DNA from: Fonticula alba ATCC 38817
Lineage: Eukaryota; Protista; Nucleariida
NCBI GenBank assembly: GCA_000388065.2
Contig: KB932201.1
Reading direction: 5' to 3' (one strand)
DNA length: 46,947 nt
The stretch's first letter is position 1; each line of letters opens with the position of its first letter. The notes beneath the pieces are model-generated. The model was not told where the DNA came from, searched no databases, and was given only the letters and a program-made list of their open reading frames with translations. Below, in pieces: positions 1-11,812 of this stretch. Made by a program: the position numbers and the translations under genes.

Positions 1-565
1 GGGGGGGAGCAAGGAGGGATATGGGCGAGGACAGCCGGTAGCACGGGGAAGAGGGGTGCTGCGCGGGGCAATCCGCTCACAGGACAGGGTGCCGGCCGGA
101 AAGGCTGCCAGACTGACGATCGGCAGGCGAGAGATTTCGCCCGTGCATTGATTGATTCGGCCCCGCTGGCACTCCTGCCCCGGAGGCCATCCTTTCCTCC
201 GGGTCCCCTTGCCCCCCCCCCTCCCCTGCCCGCGCCTCCCGACGGCCTAGTACCTCCGTCGGTCATCCAAGGCCTACTGCCAGCGGTCCGGCTGCTCCCC
301 CCCTGTCCAGTGGCCCCTCCCCATCGGTTGGTGGGGTCGAGAAAAAAAATACCCCGCACAGAGAATGCAGCTTGGCCAAAAAGGCAGGCTCCCACATGAC
401 CTCGATGGAATGTAGGGTTCTGGTAGATCAATTAACAGGCACATTAACCGGTTGTTGGTAGTCTATTTTCGGGCAGCCAAGAGCGCCTGGGGGGAGGAGC
501 CGAGGCAGGGGGGGGGGGGGACCCGGGAACACAAGGAGAGACGGGGAGATCGCTCGTTCAGGCCA

Positions 566-2901
566 TCACCTCAGCTGGGATGGCTGGCTCGAGCCAGCCA
601 GAGCATCGCAATCCTCGCGGGCCCACTCACGGGCGGCACTCCGAGCCCATGCAGAGCTGCGCATTTCGGTCAGACGCGAGTGCGTCCGGGCAAAGGCAAA
701 GCGCTCCTCATGGCCAGACCCAGGGGCGGCCTGTTGGGCGGCGGCCAGCTCGGCAGCCGTCGGGGGCGGGCCCTGATCCACGTAGATCGCCTCGACCGGG
801 CACTGGGAATGCATCACCAAGAGGGACCCAGTCTCGTAGAGGACGTCAATCAAGGTGATCAGGCGTCGGAGCTCATCCTTCTGTGCTCGATCATGAACCA
901 ACATTACCGGAGTGGAGGGGGGGGGGGATGCAGCGACCTGTCAGAGGACTTTCTTTTTTATCGCTCTCTCTCTCTCTCTCTCTCTCTCGATCACCCTCTC
1001 TGTGCCTCTCGCTATCGTGTGCATATGCGCGAGAGAAAGACGCGGAGCATCATGGGCAGGGGGGGGGGGACAAACAGAAGAAACACCAACTCTGAGCGTA
1101 CCTGCTCCACGGTCAATGAGGGGACATTCGTCAGGAATACCCGGCGGAAACGCTGAGCAAGAGAAATGTAATCGGCGGCTCCGCGCGCCGAGCCACAGAG
1201 GGTCTTGTAATCGACCAGGACGGCCGGGTGCCGACGCGCGTGCGTCTGATCCAGGCTGGAGGTGGACTGCTCCAGGTCGGCAGCCAGGTCCGGCCACACA
1301 ACCATCCCCTCAACATCGAGCCAGCGCCCGACGCCGATGGAAATGCGCGTGGCAGCACGGACAGCCGGCCGGCGGGCCGGGTCCACAAGGGCCGCGGCCA
1401 CCGGCCCGGCGGCCATCAGAGTCCCAAGATCACGCTCGGCCACCGCGGCAAAAGCATCAGCCAGGCCGGCGGCCCGGTCGAAGCCCTCGAAGTACGGGTC
1501 GGCGAGGTGCTCTAGCTCACGACTGGCATACGCCCGGGACAGCGGGGCGCGAAGCTGCTCCAGCTCGGCGGCGCCCGGGGCCGCCGGGTGCGCTGTCTGC
1601 GCCTCAGGCGCCGGGGTGCCGTCCTGCTGTGTGGGAACAGCCCCGGAGGCAACGAGACTCCGGTAATCCAGGCCTGTCTTGCCCACCTGCACGACATTAA
1701 ATCGGCCGATGACCATGTCAATGAAGGGCAGGAAGTGCTCGCGGTTGATGCCGCGTAGGTAGAGTTCACTCGGGTGACGGTTGGAGGTGAAGATGATCGT
1801 GACACCTGAGCCGGGGGGGGGGGGGAGGAGAAACCGAGGACGAGGGGGAAGGCCCATGCATGCGTGGAGACAGGGGACACCGGTCAGCAGGAGAGCCGGG
1901 ACGTCAGCGAGGGCCGACAAAGAGCAGTGCTGCCCACGGGACCCACTCGGCGGGAAAACGCACCATTGTTGATCATGGTCTCGAAGAGATTCTTGACCAC
2001 CATGGCATCGGCAATGTCGGTCACCTGCAGCTCATCGAGACAGAGAAGACGCATGCGGCCGGCTAGCTGCCGGGCGACTGCCTGCAGCGGGTCCACGGTG
2101 GCCGGCTCCTCGGACCGGAGACGGTGCACACGTGCATGCACGTCCAGCATGAAGGCGTGGAAGTGGATGCGCTGCTTGGGGATGTGGGGTCCTTGCGTAT
2201 CAAAGAGGAGGTTCTTCGTGTATGGCGAAAGGGCGAGGGCCGAGGAGCGGCGGAGGGGTGGTCAGCGGGCCGAGCAAGGCCCCGGATACATGGCGGGCTG
2301 GAGGGCATTCAAGTAAAGGCAGTCGCACCATGATGCGAGTCTTGCCAGTGCCGACACCACCGTACAGGTAGACGCCGGCACCGCTGGTCGACGGGGCGGG
2401 CGCCTGCGCGGCCGAGCCACCAAGACCCACCACCCGGCCGAGGGACGACCGAAGGGAGCCCATCCAGCCGCCGGCCGGGGCCGGGGCCGGGGCCGGAGCA
2501 ACAGCCGCGGGCGCGGCAGCGACCGACGCATTCAGTTGGTTGTGCACGCGCTGAAGCACAATGCAGGCAGCCCGCTGCGAGGGGTCCGGCGCCGACTGGC
2601 CCGAGGCGACCAACTGGTCGAAGGCAAAAAGCGGCCCGGAGGTGGCACCCCGCACGTCGGCCGGTGTATCCATGTCGTGATCGATCGCCGGGGCCTGGGG
2701 GCTCGGCTGCGCAGAGGAGCTCAACTGCCGGGCGCCAATCGATGAAGGGCTTGGGGCCATGTGCATCCGGCTGGGGGAGCTCGGCTGGATGGCAAGCCGA
2801 GGGGATCCCACTGCGGCCCAGGCCCGGCGGGTCGTGGCTGGCCGGCGTCCAAGGGAGGCCGCCTGCCGGACGAGGGCGAGGCGCATGGTCTGCGAGAACA
2901 T
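566..2901 (-). CDS. AFG1: AFG1/LACE1 (ZapE-family) AAA+ ATPase, probably mitochondrial; 4 exons
   Basis: Exons 2901-2329, 2213-1964, 1805-1102 and 880-566, all GT-AG and in frame. Walker A GVYLYGGVGTGKT, HFHAFM, Walker B LCLDELQVTDIADAM, IFTSNRHPSELY, DYR, LCGSARGAADY, ELRRLITLIDVLYE and ERFAFARTHSRLTEM are all AFG1/ZapE signatures. The Arg/Ser/Ala-rich N-terminus (MFSQTMRLALVRQAASLGRR) resembles a mitochondrial presequence. Confidence 0.92.
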
Positions 2902-3850
2902 CTGGCGGAGGGGGATGCCCAAATTAAGTGGCGAAAAAAAGAGGGCAGGGCAAAAGAGCGAGGAGGACGGGGGAATGCGGAGAAGGGGGATGATCGTGGA
3001 CTTATGCTCTCCTCGGCGTGTCGCCGCCGAAAAAAGAGGGGCCGCCTTGGCCCTCAGATCGCGCTGCCTGGCTGATCCCTGCCCCCCGCCCCGCTTCACC
3101 CCCCCCCCCCCCCCGTGCCCGTCTTTGCCTGCGGTGCTACCGCCGCTCTGTCTGGTCGCCGGGGGCTGATCACGCCTGGAGTTTGGCGTCCCGTGCGAGT
3201 CACGATGATGCGTTGGCACCGGAGGCAAGTCCGTGGGTCGCGCTCGGCGTGCGATCTTCGTCCCCTCTGTGGGCTCCGCCGGGTGCCGGGCCTGATGTGA
3301 TGTGCGTGCGGTGCCTCCATACTCGGCATCTCCTGCACCACCACGTCGAGGGGCTTTTCCTGGCATACCGTGTCTGTGCCCGCCGTGTCTCTGCCCCGGT
3401 GGGCCTAGAGGCCATCCCTGGCTGGCGGTGCGCCAGCTCCGACGCGATGTTGAGCATGTGGGTCTGGTTGGGCTCTTGCGCCCGAGAGCCCTGGGCGGCC
3501 GGCGGCGACCGCGGAGCCTCGGGGCAGGGGATGCGGGTGTGTAAGGGGGAGGGGGGGNNNNNNNNNNNNNNNNNNNNNNNNNNNNNNNNNNNNNNNNNNN
3601 NNNNNNNNNNNNNNNNNNNNNACGGGCGGGGACTGGCGAGCGGGTCAACGGAGCAACCAGGCAGAGGGGCCCGACGACCAGGGGCGCAAGTCCGCACGGG
3701 CGTCTGGGCTCGTGTTCCGGGCAGTGAACTCTTTTGGGGAGGTTGGCCAGACCAGCCCAGCCTTCAGGGTGGGGGGTCACAGAAGCCGTGTTCCTGTGTC
3801 ATCTCCCCCAGTACACACACTCCGAGCACCCTCTCTCGTCCCTCGCTACC

Positions 3851-6416
3851 ATGCTGTCTCGCTCTCTGTCCGCCCGCCCGGCCATGGCCGCCGCCGCCAA
3901 CAAGGTACTTCCCCCTGTTGTGGCCTCCACTTTCTCCCTTCACACCACACTCACCCCTCCCTTCCGGGTCCTCTCGCCCGTGTCCCCCCCCCCCCCCCCC
4001 CCTCTTTCGGTCATGCAAAATGAAAGGCTTTCCTCTCGACTGTCGGCGCCAATGTCCCCAAGGTCCCCCTCTACATCAATGGCCAGTTTGTTCAGTCCTC
4101 CACCGACAAGTGGATCCCCGTTCACAACCCCGTGCGTGGCTCCCCCTCCCCCCCGTCTTGTCTCGGGGAAATGCCTCCTCTTCGGCGTCGCTCACCCCTT
4201 TCCCATGCTCCTGCCGCTGCTGCGCCCCCCTCCCCCTCCCCCCTCCATGTCTCCACATTCCGCATAGGCCACCGGCGAGATCACCTCCCTGGTTCCGGAG
4301 GCCACCGCTGAGGAGCACGAGGCTGCCATCGCCTCGGCTGCTGAGGCCTACAAGGACTGGCGCAACTCGACTGTCCTCACCCGTCAGCGCAAGATGATGG
4401 ATCTCCAGCTTCTGATTCGCAACGACATGGTGCGCTGCGGGCTCCTCTCTCTCTCTCTCTGTCGCATGTCTTGCTTGTGCTTGTGGTTCCCTTGCTGACC
4501 GCCGTCGATCGATCGATCGATCCACCACCTGGTCCGGGCTGCCGCAGGACAACATCGCCGAGCTCATCACCAAGGAGCAGGGCAAGGTCCTGTCTGATGC
4601 CCGTGGCGATGTCCTCCGCGGTCTTCGTACGTGCTTTCGCATGAGCTCCCCCCCCCCCTCCCCCCCTTCGGGGACCCCATATTCCTTTGTGGCTGACCTA
4701 TCTTCCTTCGCTGGCGGAAACGCCTGCCTCGATGCACATGCACGCGCACACGTCCACAGAGGTTGTTGAGCACGCCTGCTCCATCCCCTCGCTGATGATG
4801 GGTGAGACCCTCACCCCGGTGGCCACCGATATGGATCTCTACTCCCTGCGTCAGCCGATCGGTGTTTGCGCTGGCATCACCCCGTGCGTTGCTGCTCTCC
4901 TTCCATGCCTCCTTCCCCCCCCCCCCTTTGCTGGACACACCCGCTCACTCCTCGTTCCTCTGTTGATCCACACTTCCGCAGCTTCAACTTCCCCGCCATG
5001 ATTCCTCTCTGGGTGCGCCACTCTCCCCTGCCTCTCTTTTGCTTCTCTCTCTCTCTCTCTCTCTCCTCTGCCTCTTCCGCAATCACCCCACACACAGCCT
5101 ACTCGGTGACTTGCTGCCCTCCTCCTACCCGGTGTCGTCTGCACACAGGACTAACTGGTGCACGTCCCTCCCCCCTCCCCCCCTTGTCCAACATAGATGT
5201 TCCCCATGGCCAACGCCTGTGGCAACACCTACGTCCTCAAGCCGTCCGAGCGCAACCCCGGCGCCTCCATGCGCATTGCTGAGCTCACTGAGCAGGCTGG
5301 CTTCACCCCGGGTCTGCTGAACATCGTCCACGGTGCCCATGTGCGTGTTTTCTCCTTTCTCCCCCTTCTTCTGGTGCTCTCCCTTTCGCCGTTTGCTGAC
5401 CTCCCCCCCTTTCGCCTCCCCCTCATCCTCCTTCGCCTCCCCCCCTCCTCCTCCTCCTCCTTCGCCTCCCTCTCCCCCCCTCCCCGTCCCCCCTCCCCAT
5501 CCCTCCCAATCTGACTCACTTGCGCGTGACACAGGATTCCGTGAACATGCTTTGCGACCACCCCGACATTCGTGCCGTCTCCTTTGTCGGCGGCGACCGT
5601 GCCGGGCGCCACATCTTCGCCCGTGCCACCGCCACCGGCAAGCGTGTCCAGGCCAACACCGCGGCCAAGAACCATGGTGTCATCATGCCGGATGCCAACA
5701 AGAACCACACCCTGAGCCAGCTGGTTGGTGCGGCCTTCGGCGCGGCCGGGCAGCGCTGCATGGCCCTGTCGGTGGCCGTGTTCGTCGGGTCGTCGCGTGA
5801 GTGGCTCCCGGAGCTGGTGGAGATGGCCAGCAAGCTGAAGGTCAGCGGCGGCATGGAGGCCGATGCCGACATCGGGCCGCTCATTTCCGCCCAGGCCAAG
5901 CAGCGTGCCGAGGGCATCATCGCCGATTCCATCGAGCAGGGCGCCGAGATCCTGCTGGACGGGCGCCAGGTGACCGTGCCGGAGAAGTATGCCGCCGGGC
6001 ACTTCCTCGGGCCGACCATCATGACCAACGTCTCGCCGGCCATGTCCTGCTACTCGGAGGAGATCTTCGCCCCGGTGCTGTCTTGCGTCTTTGTCGATAC
6101 CCTGGACGAGGCCATCGCCCTGATCAACTCCAGCCCGTACGGCAATGGCACGGCCATCTTCACCAACTCCGGCGCCGCGGCCCGGCGCTTCACCAACGAC
6201 ATCGACGTCGGCCAGGTGGGTGTCAATGTTCCGATCCCGGTGCCTCTGCCGATGTTCTCCTTCACCGGCTCGCGCGGGTCCATCCGCGGCGACACCCACT
6301 TCTACGGCAAGGATGCCATCCGCTTCTTCACCCAGACCAAGACTGTGACCAGCCTCTGGCGTTCGGCCGATGCGGAGGTGTCCCGTGCTGCGGTTCACAT
6401 GCCCACCATGAAGTAA
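3851..6416 (+). CDS. ALDH6A1: Methylmalonate-semialdehyde dehydrogenase [acylating], mitochondrial (ALDH6A1/mmsA); 8 exons
   Basis: Exons 3851-3904, 4027-4131, 4268-4429, 4548-4626, 4760-4883, 4982-5012, 5197-5340 and 5535-6416. Motifs: [23 protein letters not shown], catalytic [47 protein letters not shown]. Presequence-like start [12 protein letters not shown]. Confidence 0.96.
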
Positions 6417-6749
6417 ATGCGAGAGCATGGCTGCCGGGGGTCCCCTCTCCCCTTCTCCCCGGTGCCATCTATCGATCGATTGATCGGTCTCCCTCTCTTC
6501 CGGAAGCATCCCCAGCGCGTCCGTGTCTTAGCCTGATCCCCTTTCGGTGGGTGTCCGGTGCTCATGTTGTGGATGCATCGTGTCCGTGTGGCGGGAGTTT
6601 CTCCTCACAGTCCTCGCCTGCACCCGTTGAATAAATGTGCCCCTATGTGTGTGTATGTATGTGTGTGTGTGTGTGTGTCTTTGTGTATACCCTGGGGCAG
6701 CAGCCTGTTCCTCGATCTTCCTTGCTCTCTCCCCCGGTGTCCGTGTTGG

Positions 6750-6751
<2 letters not shown>

Positions 6752-6786
<35 letters not shown>
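6752..6786. repeat. (GT)n microsatellite in the convergent 3' region between ALDH6A1 and the DUF2270-like gene
   Basis: About 17 GT units; a shorter imperfect GT array lies at ~6646-6677. Confidence 0.85.
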
Positions 6787-6790
<4 letters not shown>

Positions 6791-6979
6791 GCCCATCATC
6801 GCAAGTGCACACCTAATCTATCCATCTATCTATACATATATATTGGACGGCATGTAGAAATGCACACCTGGACAAAGGGCAGAGGGGCACGGAGAGCAAG
6901 TACAAAGGACAGCGAAAGCACAAAGGCAGAGGGAGGGAAGAGAGGGGGGCCGGGGCGGGGGGATGGCTGTGTCTGGGAC

Positions 6980-9542
6980 TCAGACGTCCAGGTCGCCTTC
7001 CTCGTCCCCGCACGAGGCATGCATCGGGTCGGTCCACCAGACCCCACGACCATCGGTGCGAATGCCGCTGTTGCCCCCGCCATCGGTAAGGAGGAAAAGA
7101 CGCAAGCGGAGCCAAGCGCGCGAGAGCCACGAATCCGGCCGCGCCACCGGGGCCACCATCCACCAGTAGAACACCCGCGGGGTGTACACCACCAGGGCGC
7201 TGACCAGCATGACGATCGACACGATGACCACCCGGAACCAGGGAAAGCGGATGCCACTGCCGCAGGGGACCCCGCTGCTGCTGGTCCCGCTGCCGACGCA
7301 CGGGGTGGCCGGCACCGGCAGGGCGATGGTCGACAGGCTGACCACCCAGGCCAGGTAAACAAACAGCAGCAGCGGCATGTAGTTCCGGCGCATGCGAATG
7401 CGGAAGGCGCGCAGGCGGGACATTCGAGGAATGGTTCCCGGCAGGTAGGCCGCCAGGAGGGCCTGCCGCCAGGGGGTGTTGATGGTCAGAGGCGGCCGGG
7501 CCAGGAGCCCGGCCATGGCGTTGTCGACGCCCAAAAGGTGCTCCTTTTCGGTGGACCAGGCCGACTCCAGGGGAAGGGGGGGCATTTGGCCGACCATCGT
7601 CGGGGGCATTGGCACCATCGGCGGCATGGGTGGCGGCGGGGGGGACTGCGCCAGCGGCGACATCATGGCCGGCAGGTCGCCTGGATTGGCTGTCGAGCCG
7701 GCCGGCGGCCACAGGTCATGCTCAAGGCTCACCGGGGCATAGAGCCCGGGCGAAGAGGCCGACCCAGGGAGGAATGGCATGTCGCCAGGCATGCTGGCCG
7801 ATCGGGGGAGTCCTCTTGAGGCGGAATGCGCCAGACCGGCCGATGTGTCGGAATGCCGGTCGGCATCCGTCCGGCCGGTGGCCGAAAGAGCCGGCGAGAT
7901 CGGCACCGGCAGGAAGGTTTGCCCGGCGATCGGGGATCGAGGGGCCGCGGTGCCGGGCTGCCCGGCGGCCCACTGCCGCTGCCCGAGACGTCCCTGGATG
8001 GTGGTCGGATGGAAGGGCCCCGGGGCCATGGACGTGGCCGCGGTGGCGGCCGCCGAATGGAGGGCCGATCGCAAGTCCGCCGAGAGGGACTCCTCCACCG
8101 GCAGCGAGGAGACATTGTCCGGCTCCTCATTGATGGGGTAGGAGTACCCGTCGAAGGTGTAGACCCGCTCGCGGCAGAGGGACGCCCGGCCGGACGTAGT
8201 CGACGGGAATGCCTCCGGATCGCCGCCAGCCGGGGCATAAATGCTCGGCCGGCCGAGGCTCGGCGCTATGCTCACGCGCCCGGGCGGCAGGGAGCCCGGC
8301 GGCAATTGCGGCGTGCCCGGCGGGCCAGGGTCATTGGGCAGGTGGACCGAAGCCAGATCATGGTCATCGGACACCGGGGTCCCATGGCGTGGGGGCCCGC
8401 CGCCGCTGAAGCCGGTGGCCATCTGCCGCCCGGTGGGATCCAAAATGGCCGCGTACATGCCGCGTTCCAGGACCCGGCATCGGTGGCGGATGACCGTGTA
8501 ATACCCATAGCGGCGGGACTCGATGCCGCAGAAGATCAACTACGCGGTCGGCGGGGCCGAGACCGGGGGAAGGAGGCCATGGAGCAGGATTCAACAAAGA
8601 GGAGGGTCAGTGCCCCGGGGCGAGCTTTCATGGCCGGAAGGGCCCGATATCCGGGGGAGGGGGGGGGGGGGGGCGAACGCACCACCATGACAGTGGCCAC
8701 AACAAAGACCGAGCCGCTGCCGAGAACCACCGCCGAAGAGGGATCGCGTGTGGGAAGCGTCGGGTCGGAGGCCAGGCGAATGGAATTTGTCAGCCCCCAG
8801 GCCACCAGGGCGGCAGCCGTGCTAACTGCCCAGGCAGTCGTGGCATCCAGCCGCGACCGGTAGGCCGTCAGTCGGGAAATCTGCGACCATCCCCCGGCGA
8901 TGATTGGCACACAGGCAGCGACACATGCGGGGAGAAGGGACATCCGTGGTAAGTGGGCGAGAGTGGCAAGGGAAGAGGCACAGCGGGCAGGGATGCAAGC
9001 AGCAAGGGCGAAAGGCCGCACCTCGGCACGGTACAAGTGCACCAGGGGGGTCACCTCATCCGGAGCCAGGGGCGTATCGCGCCAGGTGAGACGCGTCTGC
9101 ATCCGATGTCGCGGGGTCCAAAACATGTGGGTCTTGTAGGGGTCAACCGGCTGGCCATGCATGGGCAGCGTGGTGGAAGAGGAGGATGCCGATGAGGAGG
9201 AGGAGGAGGAGGAGGAGGAGGCGCGATGGGAGCCCGGCGCGGAGGCGTAGAGGCTTCCCCGGGTGGACCGGATGGACCCCCGACGAAGGGGCTGCCCATT
9301 GACCGTGGCCCCGGCGAAGGACATGGGCGACGAGGCCATGGTCGACTGCATGCCCTCCAAGAAGGACCGGTCGTCTTCGGCATCGGCCATGGATGAGCGC
9401 GAGCCGTAGCGCCCACCGCCGACACGGCTGCCGGCTGGCGGTCGCCGACTGCCGGCCCGTGAGGGGTCGGCGCTGATGCTGAACCGGCCGGATAGCGGTG
9501 TGGGTGGCAGACTGCCGCTGGCCGTCGGGGTCGGAGGCACCA

Positions 9543-9574
<32 letters not shown>

Positions 9575-11812
9575 TGCCGGGCCGATGATGCTGAGCTCGA
9601 TGTCCCGAGCGGCTGCAGCTCGATGGCCGCCAGTGCGGGCCCGCGTCGACTGGCCCGGCTGGGGACGAAGTCAAACTCGAAGTCCGGGATGAAGGCCTCA
9701 TCCGACAGGGAGCCATGGATGTTGCCAGCCGGGCTCGGAGCATAGGGGTGCTGCAGTTGGCCGCCCGGCCGGAAGGCCCCGCCGATCATGGCCGCAAGCC
9801 GAGGCCAAGGGCTGCCGGTCGAGGTGGCCGGGCTGGATCCCAGTATCCCCGGGTCCAGGGAATCCGAATCCAAGGCGCCTGCTCGCATGGGCCCGAACCC
9901 GGTCGGCTGGATGGCCACCGGCGAGGCCGAGCCACTTGCCGGGACCGACCGGCCGCCGATGCGCCGGGCAATCAGGTGTCGCGAATCGTCATCATCATCC
10001 TCGGCGTCGATGCTCGAGTGCCCATCGGCGAGATCATCGTCCGCGCCGTTGCCAGGCCGGAGCTGCGGTGCCAGGGGGTAGGGTGTGACATGGGAGGGGG
10101 TAAATTGCTCGCTCGTCATTCGTTCGGAGTGGATTTGGGGATGAGCATGGTGGGGAGCCCCTGTGCGGGAAGCCGGCGCGGCACGCGCACGCCCACGCCC
10201 TGGCGGGATGGATGTCACGGCCGAGCCTGCATGGGGGGCCCCCACGGTGGAGGAAAGCTCCTCCGGCCGACCGGGGCCCCCGATTAAATGCGGACTGGCC
10301 CCATGGGACAGGTTATCCAACTCGGAGGTGGACATGGTCGAATAGAAGCCCAGCTGCGTGGGGGACAGGCTGGCCGAGGAGGCCGAATCCAGTGAAGATA
10401 CCTGCTGCTGGGGGCCGACCGACAGTCCGGGACTGGCCGTTGGGGCTGGGCCAGCCGGGCCGGGCCGAGTGATCGGAGCTGCCATGGCGGCGGGTGGCTG
10501 GCTTCGGGAAGTCCCCCGGCCGGCTGCCAAAGGACTGGCCACCGAGCCGCCGGCCACCGATCGGCCAACAGTGCCGGTTGCGCCTGGGCCAAAGTTCGTC
10601 GGTTGTGGGATGGCCGGGTCCATCAGATTCAGCGGCTTGAGTTGGGACTCGGAGGGAAGGATGCCACTGTCCAGCTGGTAGGGAACCAGGCCGGTGGCAT
10701 CGGAGGGGCCCGACACTCCTTCGGCCTCGAGCCCAGGCGCGGCCGAGGGCGATGCCTCTACCAACCCGCAGGGCAGTGATCGAGCGGCCTGGGTGGCCGA
10801 CATGTCGCGGGTGTTGGGAGGCCAGTTGAGCAGTTGCCCGGTGTAGTGGTCTTGCAGGGGATAGTGCAGGTGGCGGTTGTCGGCTTGGCCAGCCGCTTGG
10901 GCAGCGGCGACGGCAGCCGCGGCGGCGATGGCCGCCGCCGCCGTTGGCGGGGCGTAGCCTCCACCGGCGGCCGGGGAGGCCATGGCCACCAGCCCAGGCG
11001 GCTCACTGGCCGACTGGCCGAAGCTTGTTCGAGGTGAGGGGTTCCAACTCCGGGCATGGGTCAGGTGTGTGGGAATGGCAGCGGCCGGACCCGTTGCCGG
11101 GTGGGCACTCTGCTCGCTGGAGGCCGCCGAGACTCGGGAGGGTGGCTGCTGGTGCGCCGGACGCGCGCCTCGGCCTTGGCCGGCCGCTGCTCCGCCATGC
11201 ACAGGGAGTCACGGGAAGAAAGAGGAACAGAGGAAGGGGGGAGGGGTGAGGGAGGGGGGAGGGGTGAGGGAGGGGGGAGGGATGAGGGAGGGGGAAGCAA
11301 AGGGAAAGGAGAGGAGCGAAGGAGGGGGCAGAGAGGGAGAGGGGGAGGGGGGTGATGCAAGCGGGTCACAGGACGGCAGGGGGATGGCCCTGTCCGAGGA
11401 AGAGCAGGGGGGGGGGGGACCAAGCGGCTGAGCCGGCTTGTGGAGTGGGCGCACCAGCAGTCAGAGCACGGGCCATGTTGGCCGCGATGATGGCATCCTC
11501 ACTTTCTGCATCATAGAGGGTGGACACCGGGGCAATGCCGACCGAAAATTGGGCCGCCGCGGCGGCTGTCGGATGGGCCGGCCCAGCGCGCGGGTCCCAC
11601 CCGGACGGCGAGGTGGAGAAGGAGGCGCGGGGGGGCTCGCTTGGCGCGGCTTGCGGCGAGGTGGCATGGGCCGCGGCCTCGAAGGACCGCCGGGCGGAGG
11701 ATGGGTTCGGCGGTGAGGGCAGTGGCGAGGTGAAGTCAATGGCACCGGGGACATAGGCGGACGCCGGATTCGACGCCAGCGATGAATTGGAGCCCCACGC
11801 CCGATTGGACAT
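6980..11812 (-). CDS. DUF2270-like integral membrane protein with ~900-aa disordered N-terminal extension; 4 exons, ~1426 aa
   Basis: Exons 11812-11455, 11186(or 11189)-9022, 8880-8683 and 8539-6980. The spliced product reads HLYRAE-ISRLTAYRSRLDATTAWAVSTAAAL...LIFCGIESRRYGYY...RCRVLERG...WRQALL...RMRRNYMPLLLFVYLAW. This matches the DUF2270 pattern H.YR.E...W/YR.RLD.TT.WA...IE.RRY...R.RRNY as I recall it. The start is uncertain because a gap lies at 11880-11993. Confidence 0.72.

Noticed and set aside
1-565. Possible gene end at the window start (ORF 148-399)
   Set aside because: A Pro-rich translation of C runs starting at TTG with no motif. Consistent with AFG1 3' UTR or intergenic DNA.
4505-4522. 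(GATC)n palindromic run in ALDH6A1 intron 3, with a similar run at ~6471-6486
   Set aside because: A short simple repeat with no further supportable structure or function.
5650-5675. ALDH6A1 has ANTAAKNH in place of the usual ANMGAKNH
   Set aside because: The catalytic Cys motif and the other motifs are intact. A small substitution like this is within plausible family variation, so there is no evidence of altered function.
5229-6509. 426-aa minus-strand ORF and many other long ORFs opposite real genes (e.g. 18529-19728 +, 26256-27911 -, 33653-35314 +, 38314-40017 +, 39983-41332 +)
   Set aside because: Antisense or alternative-frame shadows of GC-rich coding sequence, which has few stop codons. 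No recognisable motifs, and the opposite frame encodes a clear protein.
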